From assembly GCA_964506945.1 (NCBI GenBank), contig CAZDOC010000003.1, forward strand, positions 65,142 to 129,141: a stretch of DNA of 64,000 nt, in the 5' to 3' direction. Under the pieces are notes generated by a model. The model did not search any database. It saw nothing but the letters and a program-made list of their open reading frames with translations, and was not told the DNA's origin. The translations under genes were made by a program, and so were the position numbers. The DNA is from an uncultured Gammaproteobacteria bacterium. GTDB lineage: Bacteria > Pseudomonadota > Gammaproteobacteria > CAZDOC01. This document shows positions 1-12,150 of this stretch, in pieces. The first letter of the stretch is position 1; each line of letters starts with the position of its first letter.

Positions 1-264
1 CAGCAGGCCCTGGATCTGGCCATCCTCGCCACCCCGTCCATGCAGGGCGATGAAGGCACGATCAAACCGTCCACGCTCCAGATTCATCATCAACTGCGCA
101 TCCGGCTCCACGGCACGGGCATCGACCCCATGTCTCTGCAGGGCCTTCAGCACCGCGCCGCCGCTCTGCAGCGATATCTCGCGCTCCGCCGACTGGCCGC
201 CCATCAGTACGGCCACCCGACCGGGATAATTGACCGCCGTGTGGGCATGTGTCTGACTACCCAT
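1..264 (-). CDS. ddl: D-alanine--D-alanine ligase, N-terminal part (gene continues beyond window start)
   Basis: Reverse-complement translation of 1-264 gives [57 protein letters not shown]..., a typical Ddl N-terminus; position after murB in the dcw cluster. Confidence 0.8.
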   Translation of the reverse strand, partial: MGSQTHAHTAVNYPGRVAVLMGGQSAEREISLQSGGAVLKALQRHGVDARAVEPDAQLMMNLERGRFDRAFIALHGRGGEDGQIQGLL

Positions 265-1159
265 GCCCATGCTCCCCGACTATCCGCACCTCCGGGATCA
301 GGCTGACCCCGTGCCGGCGCTGCACCGTGTCCCTGACATGCGTGATCAGCGCCTCGATATCGCTGGCGCTGGCCCCCCCCAGATTGATGATGAAATTGGC
401 GTGCTTTTCGGAGACACAGGCGTTGCCGATGCGCCAGCCCTTCAGCCCGCTGTCCTCTATCAGGCGCGCGGCATGCCCTCCGGGAGGATTACGGAATACC
501 GAACCGCAGCTGGGCTGTCCCAGCGGCTGGGTCTCGCCCCGTCGCGCCAGCAGGGATTTGATCCGGGCCATGCCGTCCCCCGCTGCCGGTCGCAGCGCGA
601 ACCAGGCGGCGACGAACCATTCCTCCGCGGGTCCCTTGACGCTGCGATAGCCAATCTGGAAATCCTCGACGCCGCGCGTGTGCAGCTGACCGCGACGATC
701 CAGCATCCGCACCCGGGTGACGATGGCCCAGGTCTCGCCGCCGAAGGCGCCGGCATTCATCGCCAGGGCGCCGCCGATGCTGCCGGGAATACCGGCCATG
801 AATTCCGCCCCGGCGCAGCCTGCCGCGGCGCTCTGGCGGGCCAGCTTGGCGCAGGTCACGCCGGCCTCCACCCGCCACAGGCATTGGTCCTCCCGGGAGA
901 TCCCCTGCAAGGCCTTGCCGGTCGCGATCACGGTGCCGGGGAAGCCTCCGTCCCGGACCAGCAGGTTGCTGCCCAGGCCCAGCCACAGCAGCGGCTCATC
1001 CTCATCCAGGGTGGTCATGAAATGCATCAGCTCGGAGAGGTCCGCCGGCTCGAAATAACACCGCGCGGCCCCCCCGGCGCGCCAGGAGACATGCCGGGAC
1101 ATGGGCTCGTCAAAGGCCAGGTAACCGCGATAGCCTGCCTGGTCATGGGCCGCGATCAT
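257..1159 (-). CDS. murB: UDP-N-acetylenolpyruvoylglucosamine reductase
   Basis: 300-aa ORF with FAD-binding MurB-like sequence ([20 protein letters not shown]...[13 protein letters not shown]); 4-nt overlap with murC stop; dcw order. Confidence 0.9.
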   Translation of the reverse strand: MIAAHDQAGYRGYLAFDEPMSRHVSWRAGGAARCYFEPADLSELMHFMTTLDEDEPLLWLGLGSNLLVRDGGFPGTVIATGKALQGISREDQCLWRVEAGVTCAKLARQSAAAGCAGAEFMAGIPGSIGGALAMNAGAFGGETWAIVTRVRMLDRRGQLHTRGVEDFQIGYRSVKGPAEEWFVAAWFALRPAAGDGMARIKSLLARRGETQPLGQPSCGSVFRNPPGGHAARLIEDSGLKGWRIGNACVSEKHANFIINLGGASASDIEALITHVRDTVQRRHGVSLIPEVRIVGEHGHG

Positions 1160-2565
1160 GCCGGCGCTCCCTGGAAGGCGAGCCAGAGCTCCCGACTGAT
1201 GCGGCCGACGCTGCCGGCGCCCATGGTGAGTACGATGTCACCGTCCTGGACCAGGCCCCGCAGGATCCCGGACAGTTCGGCGGGATCCGCGACGAAAACC
1301 GGATCGACCTGGCCACGCAGGCGGATGGCGCGACACAGGGCACGGCCGTCGGCCCCGGTAAGCGGCGGCTCCCCGGCCGCGTAGACCTCCAGCAACACCA
1401 GCACATCGATGCCGGCGAGCACCTGGCAGAAATCCTCGAACAGGTCCCGGGTGCGGCTATAGCGATGGGGCTGAAAGACCACCACCAGCCGCCTGCCGGG
1501 CCAACCATCGCGAATGGCCTGCAGGGTCGCGGCCAGTTCGGTGGGATGATGGGCATAATCATCGATCATCAACAGTCGCCGCCCCTCCAGCTCCACTTCG
1601 CCCATCACCTGCTGCCGCCGGGCGATACCCTCGAATCCGGTCAGGCCCCGGCGGATGGCCGCATCATCCACCCCCAGTTCCCGAGCCACCGCAATCGCGG
1701 CCAGCGCATTCAGCACATTGTGCCTGCCCGGCAGGCTCAGGCTCACCTGCAGCGGCGCATGCCCGGCCTGGATGACCTCGAAACCGGTCTTCATGCCCTG
1801 CTGCCGGATCCCCGTGGCCCGCACATCGGCCCCGGCCATGGCGCCGTAGGTCAGCACCGGCTTGTGCAACTGACCCAGGACCTCGCGGGCCTGGGGATCA
1901 TCCAGGCAGACCACCGCCAGGCCATAGAAGGGCAGGCGTTGCAGGAATTCGACGAAGGCCCGTCGCAGGCGCTGCATGTCGCCGCCATAGGTCTGCATGT
2001 GATCCGCGTCGACATTGGTCAACACCGCGATGACCGGCTGCAGGTACAGGAAGGAGGCATCACTCTCGTCCGCCTCGGCGACCAGATAGCGACTCTCGCC
2101 CAGACGGGCGTGGCTGCCTGAGCTGTTCAGGCGCCCACCGATGACATAGGTGGGATCCAGACCGCCTTCGGCCAGCAGCGAGGCGATCAGACTGGTGACC
2201 GTGGTCTTGCCATGGGTGCCCGCGACCGCGATGCCAAAACGGAAACGCATCAGTTCGGCCAGCATTTCGGCCCGGGGCACGACCGGTATGCGTGCCTCGC
2301 CGGCGGCCAGCACCTCGGCATTGGACGCCGCGATGGCACTGGACACCACCACCACATCGGCGCCGGCGACATTCTCGCCCTGGTGCGCCGGAAACAGTCT
2401 GATGCCGAGTTCGAGCAGACGCTGGGTGGCCTCGTTCTGCCCGGTATCGGAACCACTGATGGTATAGCCCAGATTATGCAGAACCTCGGCGATACCGCTC
2501 ATGCCGGCGCCGCCGATGCCGACGAAGTGGATGTGTTTCACCCTAGACATCGGCTGCCTATCCAT
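1156..2565 (-). CDS. murC: UDP-N-acetylmuramate--L-alanine ligase
   Basis: ORF 1156..2826 contains [19 protein letters not shown] Mur ligase N-terminus; true start probably the Met just before SRVKHIHF (2550 or 2565), the upstream extension overlaps murG. Confidence 0.88.
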   Translation of the reverse strand: MDRQPMSRVKHIHFVGIGGAGMSGIAEVLHNLGYTISGSDTGQNEATQRLLELGIRLFPAHQGENVAGADVVVVSSAIAASNAEVLAAGEARIPVVPRAEMLAELMRFRFGIAVAGTHGKTTVTSLIASLLAEGGLDPTYVIGGRLNSSGSHARLGESRYLVAEADESDASFLYLQPVIAVLTNVDADHMQTYGGDMQRLRRAFVEFLQRLPFYGLAVVCLDDPQAREVLGQLHKPVLTYGAMAGADVRATGIRQQGMKTGFEVIQAGHAPLQVSLSLPGRHNVLNALAAIAVARELGVDDAAIRRGLTGFEGIARRQQVMGEVELEGRRLLMIDDYAHHPTELAATLQAIRDGWPGRRLVVVFQPHRYSRTRDLFEDFCQVLAGIDVLVLLEVYAAGEPPLTGADGRALCRAIRLRGQVDPVFVADPAELSGILRGLVQDGDIVLTMGAGSVGRISRELWLAFQGAPA

Positions 2566-3643
2566 GCGCCAGCCCTCCCGCGCGCAGGCACTCACCGGCC
2601 ACCAGGCGGGCGGCATCCGGGCAGGCCAGGGCGCGCGCCGCCTCGGCCATGCGCAGTCGCCTGGGGGCATCCACAGCCAGTTCCCGCAGCAAGGCCGCAA
2701 TCCCGCGCTCCAGCGCCTCGCCCTCGCTGAACATGAGCGCCGCGCCCGCCTCGTAGAGCCAGATGGCATTGGCGCGCTGATGGTCGTCCACGGCGTGAGG
2801 GTAAGGCACCAGCACGGCACCCACACCGACCGCGGTCAATTCGGCGATGGTCATCGCCCCGGCCCTGCAGACCACCAGATCGGCCCAGGCATAGGCCTCC
2901 GCCATGTCCTCGATGAAGGCCGTGACCTGGGCCTCGACACCCAGCCCCAGATAGGCGTCACGGGTCGGGCCCTCACCGCTGCCGCCACTCTGATGTCGCA
3001 CCCATATGCGTTCACCGGCGCAGGCGGCGACGGCCCGGGGCAGGACCTCGTTCAGGCAGCGCGCACCCTGACTGCCACCGAGAACCAGCAGACGCATGCC
3101 ACCCTTCCGGGTCGCCATCCGTCGTGCCGGCTGCGGCAACGCGAGGATCTCCTCGCGTACCGGGTTGCCCGTATGCAGGGCCCGCCAGCGGGCCGGCATG
3201 CTGCCGGGGAAGGCCTCCATAACCCGCCAGGCGAATGGTGCCAGCAGGCGGTTGGTCAGACCGGGAATGGCATTCTGTTCGTGGATCAGCAAGGGCACCC
3301 GCAGCAGCCAGGCCGCCAGTCCACCGGGGCCGCTGACGAACCCGCCCATGCCCAGCACCGCCACGGGCCGGGTCTGCATCAGCAATCGCAGGGATTGCCA
3401 CAGGGCCAGCAGCATGCGTGCCGGGGCCAGCAGACGGGTCGCCAGGCCCTTGCCCCGCAAGCCGGCGATGCTGATGGTCAGCAGTTCTATCCCGCGTTGC
3501 GGCACCACCCGCGCCTCCAGGCCCCGCTGGGTACCCAGCCAGAACAGCGGCACCCCCTGCCGGCGCAGACACTCGGCCACCGCCAGCGCCGGGTAGACAT
3601 GACCGCCGGTGCCACCCGCCATGATCAGGACAGCCCTAGACAT
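2558..3643 (-). CDS. murG: UDP-GlcNAc:undecaprenyl-PP-MurNAc-pentapeptide GlcNAc transferase
   Basis: [23 protein letters not shown]... glycosyltransferase-28 signature; start chosen at internal Met overlapping ftsW stop. Confidence 0.9.
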   Translation of the reverse strand: MSRAVLIMAGGTGGHVYPALAVAECLRRQGVPLFWLGTQRGLEARVVPQRGIELLTISIAGLRGKGLATRLLAPARMLLALWQSLRLLMQTRPVAVLGMGGFVSGPGGLAAWLLRVPLLIHEQNAIPGLTNRLLAPFAWRVMEAFPGSMPARWRALHTGNPVREEILALPQPARRMATRKGGMRLLVLGGSQGARCLNEVLPRAVAACAGERIWVRHQSGGSGEGPTRDAYLGLGVEAQVTAFIEDMAEAYAWADLVVCRAGAMTIAELTAVGVGAVLVPYPHAVDDHQRANAIWLYEAGAALMFSEGEALERGIAALLRELAVDAPRRLRMAEAARALACPDAARLVAGECLRAGGLAHG

Positions 3644-4826
3644 GCCCCTGTCCTTGTCTGCCGGGAATACTGCCCGCCTCATGATCGATTCGCAGCAACA
3701 GACCCATCGCCGCCGAGGTCACGATCAGGCTGTTGCTGCCGTAACTGATAAAGGGCAGGGTCAGGCCCTTGGTCGGCAAGACCCCCATGTTGACGCCGAT
3801 ATTGATCAGCGCCTGCAGGCCGATCAGCAGACCGATGCCATAGGCCAGATAGGCCGCGAACGGCGCCCCGGCGCGTTGCGCCCGGGCGCCGATGTGAAAA
3901 CTGCGCCAGATGATGAAGGTGAACGCGGCGATCACCACCAAGGAACCCAGCAAGCCGAATTCCTCGGCCAGCACCGCGAAGATGAAATCGGTATGCGCCT
4001 CCGGCAGATAGAACAGCTTCTGCACACTGGCGCCCAGACCGACCCCCAGCCACTCACCGCGGCCCATGGCGATCAGCGACTGGATGAGCTGAAAACCACT
4101 GTTGTAGGGATCCGCCCAGGGATCCATGAAGGTCAGCAGCCGTTGTACCCGGTAGGGCGCCAGCATCGCCACGCCGACCAGTGCGGCCACCGCCGTCAGG
4201 CCCCAGGCCGAAAAGCGCAGCAACGGCACGCCGCCCATGAACAGCATGCCCAGGGTGGTCGCGAACAGCACCACGGTGGCGCCAAAATCCGGCTCCAGCA
4301 GCAGCAGTCCGGCGATCACGGTCAGCACACCCATGGGTTTGATGAAACCGACGAAGGCGCTGCGCACCTGCTCGCCATGGCGCACCAGATAACCGGCAAG
4401 ATAGATGATGGTGCACAGCTTGACCGGTTCGGATGCCTGCAAGGTCACCGGCCCCAGACGGACCCAGCGCATGCTGCCGTTGACCTCGTGCCCGAGGCCC
4501 GGGATCAGCACCAGCAGCAACAGGCTCAGGCCCAGGAACAGGAACATGGAACTGGCCGCCTGCCACAACCGCAAAGGCAGCTTCATCAAGGCCATGATCA
4601 GGACGAGGCCGGCGCTCACCGAGCCAAGCTGGCGCCAGAAATAGTGCAGGGGTTCATGGAATTGGCGATCGGCCACGGTCACCGAGGCGGAAGCGACCAT
4701 GATCAGACCCACGCTCATCAGCAACAACACGCAGGCGATCAGCCACTGATCATAACCGCCCAGCAGGGGCGTGGCCGATGAACGGGTCCCGCGGGGCACG
4801 GCCTGGGATGCGATCACCGCGTTCAT
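3636..4826 (-). CDS. ftsW: Peptidoglycan glycosyltransferase / lipid II flippase FtsW (SEDS family)
   Basis: 396-aa polytopic membrane protein between murD and murG; SEDS-like hydrophobic profile. Confidence 0.88.
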   Translation of the reverse strand: MNAVIASQAVPRGTRSSATPLLGGYDQWLIACVLLLMSVGLIMVASASVTVADRQFHEPLHYFWRQLGSVSAGLVLIMALMKLPLRLWQAASSMFLFLGLSLLLLVLIPGLGHEVNGSMRWVRLGPVTLQASEPVKLCTIIYLAGYLVRHGEQVRSAFVGFIKPMGVLTVIAGLLLLEPDFGATVVLFATTLGMLFMGGVPLLRFSAWGLTAVAALVGVAMLAPYRVQRLLTFMDPWADPYNSGFQLIQSLIAMGRGEWLGVGLGASVQKLFYLPEAHTDFIFAVLAEEFGLLGSLVVIAAFTFIIWRSFHIGARAQRAGAPFAAYLAYGIGLLIGLQALINIGVNMGVLPTKGLTLPFISYGSNSLIVTSAAMGLLLRIDHEAGSIPGRQGQGHV

Positions 4827-6199
4827 GTTGGCAGATCCCTGACCGCGGCCACGAAGGCCTCGCCCCGGGCGATATAGTTCGTGAACATATCCTGGCTGGC
4901 GCAGGCCGGCGAGAACAGCACGACATCACCCGCCGTGGCCAGATCCGCCGCCATGCCCACGGCCGCCTCCAGGTCGGCGACCGCCTGTGTCCGCGTCACC
5001 CCGGCCAGGGCCTGTTGCAAGGAACCGGCATCGCGTCCGAACAGGATGGCGTCGCTGACCACCGCGCCCGCGGCCCGCGCCAGCGGGGTAAAGTCCGCAT
5101 CCTTGCCAAGGCCACCGGCGATCAGGATCACGCGCCGCCCGGCATAACCGGCCAGGGCCGCGACCGTGGCGCCGACATTGGTGCCCTTGGAATCATTGAC
5201 CCACAGGACCCCCCGGCGCTCGGCGACCCGTTCGCAGCGATGCGGCAGGCCGGTGAACCCGCTCAAGGCCCGGCACATGCCCGGGTGATCCAGACCCACG
5301 GCATGGCCGAGCGCCAGCGCCGCAAGGGCGTTGGCGATATTGTGCCGGCCCTGCAGACGCAGCTCGGCTACCGGCATCAGCGGCGCCCCTCCCCAGGCCA
5401 GGCAGGGCCCCTGCATGGGATCTTCGAGCAGGCCGAATTCGCCTGCCCGCGGCGTATTCAGGGTAAAGCGGATCACCTCGCGATCAGGCAGTGACATCGG
5501 CGCGACCCGCGAGTCATCGGCATTCAGCACCATCGCCCCGCGGCCACGATAGACGCGCTGCTTGCTGCGGGTGTAGTCCGCCAGGGAATCGTAGCGATCC
5601 ATATGGTCCGGGCTGATGTTCAGCAGCACCGCCGCCGCCGCATCCAGTGATTCGACCGTATCCAGTTGAAAACTCGACAACTCCAGCACATACAGGTCCG
5701 GTTCTTGCTGCTGCAGCAGCTCCAGCGCCGGGGTGCCGATATTGCCCCCCATGCGCACATCCCGGCCGCAGGCCCGGGCCATTGCCGTCACCATGCAGGT
5801 CACCGTACTCTTGCCATTGGCCCCGGTGATGGCGATGACGGGGGCCCTGGCCTGCCGCGCAAACAGCTCGATATCGCCGAGCACCTCGATGCCTTGCGCA
5901 CGCGCCCGCTGGAACAGGGGGTCCCGGGGCGAGACCCCGGGGCTGAGCACCAGGCGGTCCGCGGCCAGGATCCGCTCTGCTTCCAGGGGCCCGGTGTAGA
6001 CCGGCACTGCCGGCAGTTCCGCTTGCAGCTGCCGCAACGCCGGCGGCCGGTCACGGGTATCGACCACCGTCACCGCCACCCCCTGCGCATGCAGGAAACG
6101 GGCGCATGAAAGCCCGGTGACACCCAGGCCCACGACGATACTGGCCATGTGCTCGGGCGCCTTCGCGGGTGGCTGGGGGGGCATGGTCGCGGTCCTCAT
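4823..6199 (-). CDS. murD: UDP-N-acetylmuramoylalanine--D-glutamate ligase
   Basis: 458-aa ORF with [13 protein letters not shown] Rossmann N-terminus and Mur ligase motifs; true start may be internal Met near 6148; overlaps mraY and ftsW by 4 nt. Confidence 0.9.
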   Translation of the reverse strand: MRTATMPPQPPAKAPEHMASIVVGLGVTGLSCARFLHAQGVAVTVVDTRDRPPALRQLQAELPAVPVYTGPLEAERILAADRLVLSPGVSPRDPLFQRARAQGIEVLGDIELFARQARAPVIAITGANGKSTVTCMVTAMARACGRDVRMGGNIGTPALELLQQQEPDLYVLELSSFQLDTVESLDAAAAVLLNISPDHMDRYDSLADYTRSKQRVYRGRGAMVLNADDSRVAPMSLPDREVIRFTLNTPRAGEFGLLEDPMQGPCLAWGGAPLMPVAELRLQGRHNIANALAALALGHAVGLDHPGMCRALSGFTGLPHRCERVAERRGVLWVNDSKGTNVGATVAALAGYAGRRVILIAGGLGKDADFTPLARAAGAVVSDAILFGRDAGSLQQALAGVTRTQAVADLEAAVGMAADLATAGDVVLFSPACASQDMFTNYIARGEAFVAAVRDLPT

Positions 6200-7278
6200 C
6201 GTATCTTCAGGCTCGCCAGCCCGACCAGCACCAGGATGACGGTGATGATCCAGAAACGGACGATCACCCGTGGCTCGGGCCAGCCCTTGAGTTCGAAATG
6301 ATGATGCAGCGGCGCCATGTGGAAGATCCGTCGCCCGGTCAGCTTGTAGGAGGCAACCTGCAGGATCACCGATACCGTCTCGACCACGAACACCCCGCCC
6401 ATGATCACCAGCACCAGTTCCTGACGCACGATCAGGGACACCACCCCCAGCGCCGCACCCAGCGCCAGGGCGCCGATATCCCCCATGAAGACCTGCGCCG
6501 GATAGGTATTGAACCAGAGGAAACCCAGGCCCGCGCCGACGATGGCGCCACAGAAGACGCTCAGCTCACCGACCCCGGCGATGTAGGGGATCCCCAGATA
6601 AGCGGAGAAGTTCACATGACCGGTGGCATAGGCGAAGACGATCAACGCCCCGGCCACCATCACCGTCGGCAGGATGGCCAGGCCGTCCAGGCCGTCGGTC
6701 AGGTTGACCGCGTTGCTGCTGCCGACGATGACGAAGTAGGCCAGCACCACGTAGCCCCAGCCCAGGTCGATGGCGATATTCTTGAAAAACGGCACGATCA
6801 GCGTGGTCTCGACCGTGGACTGGGCGCTGTAGAACAGATACAGCGCGGCTCCCAGGCCGAAAACCGACTGCCAGAAGTACTTCCAGCGCGAGGCCAGCCC
6901 ACGGGGATCCCGGGCCACGATCTTGAGATAGTCATCGACGAAGCCCACCGCGCCGAACAGCAGTGTCACCACCAGCACCACCCACACGAAACGGTTGCCC
7001 AGATCGGACCACAGCAGGGTGGCGAGACTGATGGATATCAGGATCAGCATGCCACCCATGGTTGGCGTGCCGGCCTTGACCAGGTGGGTCTCGGGCCCGT
7101 CATCGCGCACGCTCTGGCTAATCTGGGAAAGACTCAGGCGGCGGATCATCGCCGGCCCCACCAGGAACGAGATGAACAGCGCCGTCAACACGCCGAGGAT
7201 GGTCCTCAGGGTCAGATACTGGAAGACGTTGAAGCCGCGGTAGTATTGCGCCAGGTAGTCGGTCAGGAGCAGGAGCAT
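6196..7278 (-). CDS. mraY: Phospho-N-acetylmuramoyl-pentapeptide transferase
   Basis: 360-aa membrane protein; [13 protein letters not shown]...; conserved dcw position. Confidence 0.92.
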   Translation of the reverse strand: MLLLLTDYLAQYYRGFNVFQYLTLRTILGVLTALFISFLVGPAMIRRLSLSQISQSVRDDGPETHLVKAGTPTMGGMLILISISLATLLWSDLGNRFVWVVLVVTLLFGAVGFVDDYLKIVARDPRGLASRWKYFWQSVFGLGAALYLFYSAQSTVETTLIVPFFKNIAIDLGWGYVVLAYFVIVGSSNAVNLTDGLDGLAILPTVMVAGALIVFAYATGHVNFSAYLGIPYIAGVGELSVFCGAIVGAGLGFLWFNTYPAQVFMGDIGALALGAALGVVSLIVRQELVLVIMGGVFVVETVSVILQVASYKLTGRRIFHMAPLHHHFELKGWPEPRVIVRFWIITVILVLVGLASLKIR

Positions 7279-7279
7279 A

Positions 7280-8632
7280 TCAGTCGTCCTCCTCGCTCAG
7301 GGCCGCCACGCAGCGCTCCAGGCGCATGGCCCTCGAGCCCTTGATCAGCACCGTCACACCCGCGCGCAGGTCTTTCAGCAAGGCCTCGTTCAGGGCCTCG
7401 CAGTCCTCGAAATGCCGTCCCCCGGCACCGAAGGCCCTGGCCGCGGCACGACTCAGTTCACCCAGGGTATAGAGGCGTTCGATACCGGCCTCTCGCGCCC
7501 GCACCCCGGCCCGTGCATGCAGGTCCACCGCCGCGGCGCCGAGTTCCCCCATATCGCCCAGCACCAGCCAGCGCGCTCCATCCTGGCCGGCGAGGACCTC
7601 GATGGCCGCACCCAGGGAACCCGGATTGGCATTGTAGCTGTCATCGATCAGGGTGCTGCCGGCGCGGCCGTGCCGGAATTGCAGCCGGCCGGAGACGGCC
7701 TCCATCCGTTCCAGGCCGGCGGCGATCTCATCCACGTCCAGGCCCAGGACGCTGGCGCTGGCCGCCGCCGCCAGGGCATTCATGACATTGTGACGCCCCG
7801 CCAGGGGGATACGGGTTTCGACGCTGCCAGCGGGCAGACACAGGCGGAAACGACTGCCCTGCGGCCACGACTGTATGGACTCAGCCCTGACCTCGGCGCC
7901 GGGCCGGCAACCAAAACCGATCACCCTGCGCTCACCCGCCAGGCTCGTCCACAGGCCGGCAAAGTCATCCTCGGAATTGATCACGGCGACGCCATTCGAG
8001 GGTAGCGCCGTGATGATCTCACCCTTGGCGCGAGCCACCGACCGCAGGTCGCCGAAACCCTGCAGATGGGCCGGCGCGCACTGGGTGATCACGGCCACTC
8101 CGGGCAGGGCCAGGCTGCAAAGACCACCGATCTCGCCGGCGTGATTGGCACCCATCTCGATCACGGCGTAACGATGCTCACCACCCAGCCGGAACAAGGT
8201 CAATGGGACGCCGATATCGTTGTTCAGGTTGCCGCGGGTCGCCAGCACCTCACCCCGGGGACAGAGGATGCGCTTCAGCATCTCCTTGACCGTGGTCTTG
8301 CCATTGCTGCCGGTAACCGCGACCAGGGGCAGGGTGAAGCGCCGCCGCCAGTCCGCGGCCAGACGACCCAGGGCGGTGCGGGTATCGCCGACCTGCAATA
8401 CCGGCAGGGCATAGTCACCCTCGCGATCGACCACCGCGGCCGCGGCCCCGCGCCTGGCGGCGGCATCGATATAGTCATGACCATCGTGGCATGGGCCATG
8501 CAGGGCGACGAACAGGGCACCGGGATCGATCTGGCGGCTGTCCGTGCTGCAGCCTTCGAAGAGACGGTCCTCGCCCATGAGGGTGGCATGCAGGGGGCGC
8601 GAGGCCTCGGACAGTGGCAGGCGAATCATCAC
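7280..8632 (-). CDS. murF: UDP-MurNAc-tripeptide--D-alanyl-D-alanine ligase
   Basis: 450-aa Mur ligase (TGSNGKTT P-loop) between murE and mraY. Confidence 0.9.
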   Translation of the reverse strand: MMIRLPLSEASRPLHATLMGEDRLFEGCSTDSRQIDPGALFVALHGPCHDGHDYIDAAARRGAAAAVVDREGDYALPVLQVGDTRTALGRLAADWRRRFTLPLVAVTGSNGKTTVKEMLKRILCPRGEVLATRGNLNNDIGVPLTLFRLGGEHRYAVIEMGANHAGEIGGLCSLALPGVAVITQCAPAHLQGFGDLRSVARAKGEIITALPSNGVAVINSEDDFAGLWTSLAGERRVIGFGCRPGAEVRAESIQSWPQGSRFRLCLPAGSVETRIPLAGRHNVMNALAAAASASVLGLDVDEIAAGLERMEAVSGRLQFRHGRAGSTLIDDSYNANPGSLGAAIEVLAGQDGARWLVLGDMGELGAAAVDLHARAGVRAREAGIERLYTLGELSRAAARAFGAGGRHFEDCEALNEALLKDLRAGVTVLIKGSRAMRLERCVAALSEEDD

Positions 8633-10143
8633 CGCGATACCCCCAGCAGCCTGGCGACGAAGTCCCGATCACTAAAGGGCAGACGGCGCTCGCCCACGAG
8701 CTGATAGTCCTCGTGGCCCTTGCCGGCGATGAGGACGATATCCTCCGCCGTGGCGCCGCGGATCGCCTCGGTGATGGCCGCGCCACGATCGCCGATGATC
8801 TCCGGCGCCACGTCACCGGGGATCCCGGCGAGGATATCCTCGATGATGCACTGAGGGGATTCGCCGCGCGGGTTGTCATGGGTCAGCACCACATGCTCGG
8901 CCAGTTCCCCCGCGATGGCCCCCATCAGCGGCCGTTTGCCACTGTCCCGCTCCCCGCCACAGCCGAACACGCACCAGATCTCGCCGTGACACAGGGTCCT
9001 CAGGCTACGCAGGGCCTGTTCCAGGCCATCCGGGGTATGGGCGTAATCGACCACCACCAGCGGGCGTCGCGGATCGCTGCCACGAAAGGCCTCCATGCGC
9101 CCCGGTACCCCGCGCATGCCGGACAGACACCGCACCGCCGTCCGCGGTGACAGCCCCAGGTGCAGAAGTACCCCCAGGGCGGAGAGAAGATTCCAGGCGT
9201 TCACCTCACCCAGCAGTTGCGTCTCCAGCAGACAGGTCTGTCCCAGGGCCTGGATTTCCAGTACCAGGCCACTGGCCTGCTGGGACACCCGGGTGGCGCG
9301 CAGGATGTCATCCCGCACGGGGCCTGGCCGCAGGCTGACGCCGAACACCGGCATCTTGCCGGCGATCTCCTCACGAATGGCCTGTCCGGCCGGATCATCG
9401 ATATTGATCACCGCGCCGCCCAGGCCCGCCTGCCGGAACAGACGACGCTTGACCCTGGCGTACTGCGACATCCCGCCGTGGTAATCCAGGTGATCACGAC
9501 TCAGATTGGTAAACACGGCGATATCGAAATCGACCCCGGCCACACGGCCCTGATCCAGGGCATGAGAGGATACCTCCAAGGCCACGCTGTTCACGCCCGC
9601 GTCGACGAATCCGGCCAGCAACCGCTGTATCCGGATCGCGTCCGGGGTCGTGTGCGTGGCGGTGTCCAGGGCCCCGGGCAGGCCATAACCCAGGGTTCCG
9701 ATCAGGCCACAGGGACCCACCGTTTCCTGATCCTGCAGGGCGGCGGCAATGAAGTGTGTCACCGAGGTCTTGCCGTTGGTACCGGTCACACCGATGGTGT
9801 GCAGCGTGCGGGACGGATGGTGGTGGAATCGCGCCGCGATCAGGCCCAGGCGGTGCTTCAGATCCGCGACCGGGATCACCGGCACCGTTCTGGGCGCGAT
9901 ATCCAGGCGCGCCTGCTCGGTGTCGAACACCACCGCACTGGCGCCCTGCTGGATGGCGGCATTGATGTAGTGCCGGCCATCATGCCGCATCCCCGCACAG
10001 GCGATGAACAGGTCCCCCTTCTGTATCCGGCGACTGTCCAGGCTGAGTCCGTGGATAGGCGTATCCACCAGCACGGCGGGGTCCGCGAGGCCGGAGAGCA
10101 AGTCCCGCAGAGAGGCACTCATGAGTGTCCCGGCAGTCATCAT
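8629..10143 (-). CDS. murE: UDP-MurNAc-L-Ala-D-Glu--2,6-diaminopimelate ligase
   Basis: 504-aa Mur ligase (GVTGTNGKTS); overlaps ftsI and murF; start may be a few codons internal. Confidence 0.9.
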   Translation of the reverse strand: MMTAGTLMSASLRDLLSGLADPAVLVDTPIHGLSLDSRRIQKGDLFIACAGMRHDGRHYINAAIQQGASAVVFDTEQARLDIAPRTVPVIPVADLKHRLGLIAARFHHHPSRTLHTIGVTGTNGKTSVTHFIAAALQDQETVGPCGLIGTLGYGLPGALDTATHTTPDAIRIQRLLAGFVDAGVNSVALEVSSHALDQGRVAGVDFDIAVFTNLSRDHLDYHGGMSQYARVKRRLFRQAGLGGAVINIDDPAGQAIREEIAGKMPVFGVSLRPGPVRDDILRATRVSQQASGLVLEIQALGQTCLLETQLLGEVNAWNLLSALGVLLHLGLSPRTAVRCLSGMRGVPGRMEAFRGSDPRRPLVVVDYAHTPDGLEQALRSLRTLCHGEIWCVFGCGGERDSGKRPLMGAIAGELAEHVVLTHDNPRGESPQCIIEDILAGIPGDVAPEIIGDRGAAITEAIRGATAEDIVLIAGKGHEDYQLVGERRLPFSDRDFVARLLGVSR

Positions 10144-11888
10144 TTCGACCCGCCCCCAGCGGTGCCAGTCATGCCGGAATCCCCTTGCGGCAGGTGCATG
10201 GCGATATGCATCTGCCCCAGTTCCCGGCTGTTGTCCGGGGCCACCGCCAGCATGCGCAGACTCTCTCCCATCACCCGCGCGAACAGCGGCGCCGCCACCT
10301 GGCCGCCATAATAGGAACCGGCGCTGGGTTCATCGATCATCACCGCGATCACCAGTCGCGGCCGGCTGGCGGGGGCCATGCCGGCAAATACGGCCAGATA
10401 GCGATCCACGGCATAGCCGCCTATGATCGATTTATGCACCGTGCCGGTTTTGCCGGCGACACGATAACCCGTGACCTGGGCGCGGCGGCCGGTGCCCCGG
10501 GTGATGACGGTCTCCAGCATCGTCCGGACCTGGATCGCGGTGGCCTCCCGCATGACCCGCCGGCCGATCACCGGCCGCTCCCGCTTCTCGATACTGAGTG
10601 GCAAGGCCATGCCGTCGTTGGCGAGGACGACATAGGCCTTGGCAAGCTGCAGCAGGCTCATCGACATACCATAACCAAAGGCCATGGTCGCCTGGCCTAT
10701 CTCCCGCCAGTCACGATAATCGACCAGTCGTCCGCTGGTCTCGCCGGGGAATCCGCCTCCGGGAACCTGGCCGAATCCAACCCGTTCATACATATCCCAG
10801 AGTTGCCGGGGATCCAGCGACAGGGCAATACGGCTGGCGCCGACATTGCTGGACTTGGTGATCACGCCGGTCACGTCCAGGCGGCCGTAATTGTGGGTAT
10901 CGCGGATGGTGTGGGTACCCAGTTTGTAGAAACCCGGGGCGGTATCGATCGGGGTCGTAGGGGTATAGGCGCCGCTTTCCAGCGCCGCGGCGATGGTGAA
11001 GGGCTTGATGGTCGAACCCGGCTCGAAGGCATCCGTGACCGCGCGGTTACGGACATAGGCATCCTTCATCTCGCTGCGGTTGTTGGGATTGTAGGAAGGC
11101 TGATTGGCCATCGCCAGGATCTCGCCGGTATGACTGTCGATCACCACGATCGATCCGGCCTTGGCCTGAAATTGGACCACCGCAGCCTTCAGCTCCCGGT
11201 AGGCGATATACTGAATGCGCCGGTCTATGCTCAGGAACAAGTCCCCGCCCCGTTGCGAGGTTCGCAGTCCCTCGACATTTTCAACGATCCGGCCGCGGCC
11301 ATCCTTGATCACGCGCTTGGCCCCCGGGCTGCCCCGCAAACGTGCATCGAAGGCCAGTTCCACTCCCTCCTGGCCGTGATCATCGACATTGGTGAACCCG
11401 ACCACGTGCGCGGCCACCTCACCGGCGGGATAATAGCGATGGAACTCCCGCTGCAGGGAGACGCCATTGATGCCCAGGGCCATGACCCTGGTGGCCATGT
11501 CTGGCGCCACGTGCCGCCGCAGGTAGACGAAACCGCGGGTTCTCCGCGGCAACACCAGGTCTTCCAGCTGTTTGCCCGTCACACCCAGCGCCCGCGCCAG
11601 CACCGGCCATTGCGACCGTGCCCGCATCAACAGCCTGGGGTTCGCCCATACGGAACTGACCGGGGTGCTGACCGCCAGGGGTTCACCATTGCGATCCAGG
11701 ATCATGCCCCGATGGGCGGGGGTTTCGACCACGCGCAGATAGCGTGCGTCACCGTGATCCTGCAGAAATTCCTTGCGCAGCAACTGCAGGTCGGCCGCTC
11801 GCGCGAGCAGCAACATGGCCGCGACGCTGAACAGTCCGACCAGGAACCAGCGACGACCGCTGACTGAAGGGATGCCCGGATCACTCAT
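10140..11888 (-). CDS. ftsI: Peptidoglycan D,D-transpeptidase FtsI (PBP3)
   Basis: 582-aa ORF with N-terminal TM anchor, PBP dimerisation and transpeptidase motifs (STIKP, KTGT); dcw position. Confidence 0.9.
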   Translation of the reverse strand: MSDPGIPSVSGRRWFLVGLFSVAAMLLLARAADLQLLRKEFLQDHGDARYLRVVETPAHRGMILDRNGEPLAVSTPVSSVWANPRLLMRARSQWPVLARALGVTGKQLEDLVLPRRTRGFVYLRRHVAPDMATRVMALGINGVSLQREFHRYYPAGEVAAHVVGFTNVDDHGQEGVELAFDARLRGSPGAKRVIKDGRGRIVENVEGLRTSQRGGDLFLSIDRRIQYIAYRELKAAVVQFQAKAGSIVVIDSHTGEILAMANQPSYNPNNRSEMKDAYVRNRAVTDAFEPGSTIKPFTIAAALESGAYTPTTPIDTAPGFYKLGTHTIRDTHNYGRLDVTGVITKSSNVGASRIALSLDPRQLWDMYERVGFGQVPGGGFPGETSGRLVDYRDWREIGQATMAFGYGMSMSLLQLAKAYVVLANDGMALPLSIEKRERPVIGRRVMREATAIQVRTMLETVITRGTGRRAQVTGYRVAGKTGTVHKSIIGGYAVDRYLAVFAGMAPASRPRLVIAVMIDEPSAGSYYGGQVAAPLFARVMGESLRMLAVAPDNSRELGQMHIAMHLPQGDSGMTGTAGGGSK

Positions 11889-12150
11889 CCACGGTCACCA
11901 GTACTATCGAATCACTTGCAGGTACTATCATGTCGAGCTTTTCCCGCGCCAGCCTCTCAATGCGCCCATGTGTCGCCCAGGTCGCCTGCTCCAGTTGCAG
12001 GCGGCCCCATTCTTCATTCATCAAATCCCGCTGCCGCTCGGCAAGCTGCAGTTGTACGAACAGCTTGCGTGACTCATGACGCGCCTCGATCACCGCAATG
12101 GCCGAGGTGAAGACCGCCACCACCAGCAGGAACGTGGCCAGTCTCAGCAT
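11881..12150 (-). CDS. ftsL: Cell division protein FtsL
   Basis: 89-aa bitopic protein with leucine-zipper-like periplasmic segment between rsmH and ftsI. Confidence 0.8.
   Translation of the reverse strand: MLRLATFLLVVAVFTSAIAVIEARHESRKLFVQLQLAERQRDLMNEEWGRLQLEQATWATHGRIERLAREKLDMIVPASDSIVLVTVDE

Noticed and set aside
263-1384. 373-aa plus-strand ORF antisense to murB/murC
   Set aside because: Low-complexity Arg/Pro/Gly-rich translation typical of antisense frames in GC-rich DNA. The same applies to 2501..3748, 3609..4781, 6169..7344, 9160..10311, 10125..11867, 13822..14967, 13952..15238, 21792..22538, 24866..25747, 27005..28474, 35003..36253, 37118..38170, 38610..39503, 41119..42057, 43378..44385, 45055..46350, 48123..49316, 50282..51724, 52331..53725, 55766..56890, 57061..60492, 60383..61828
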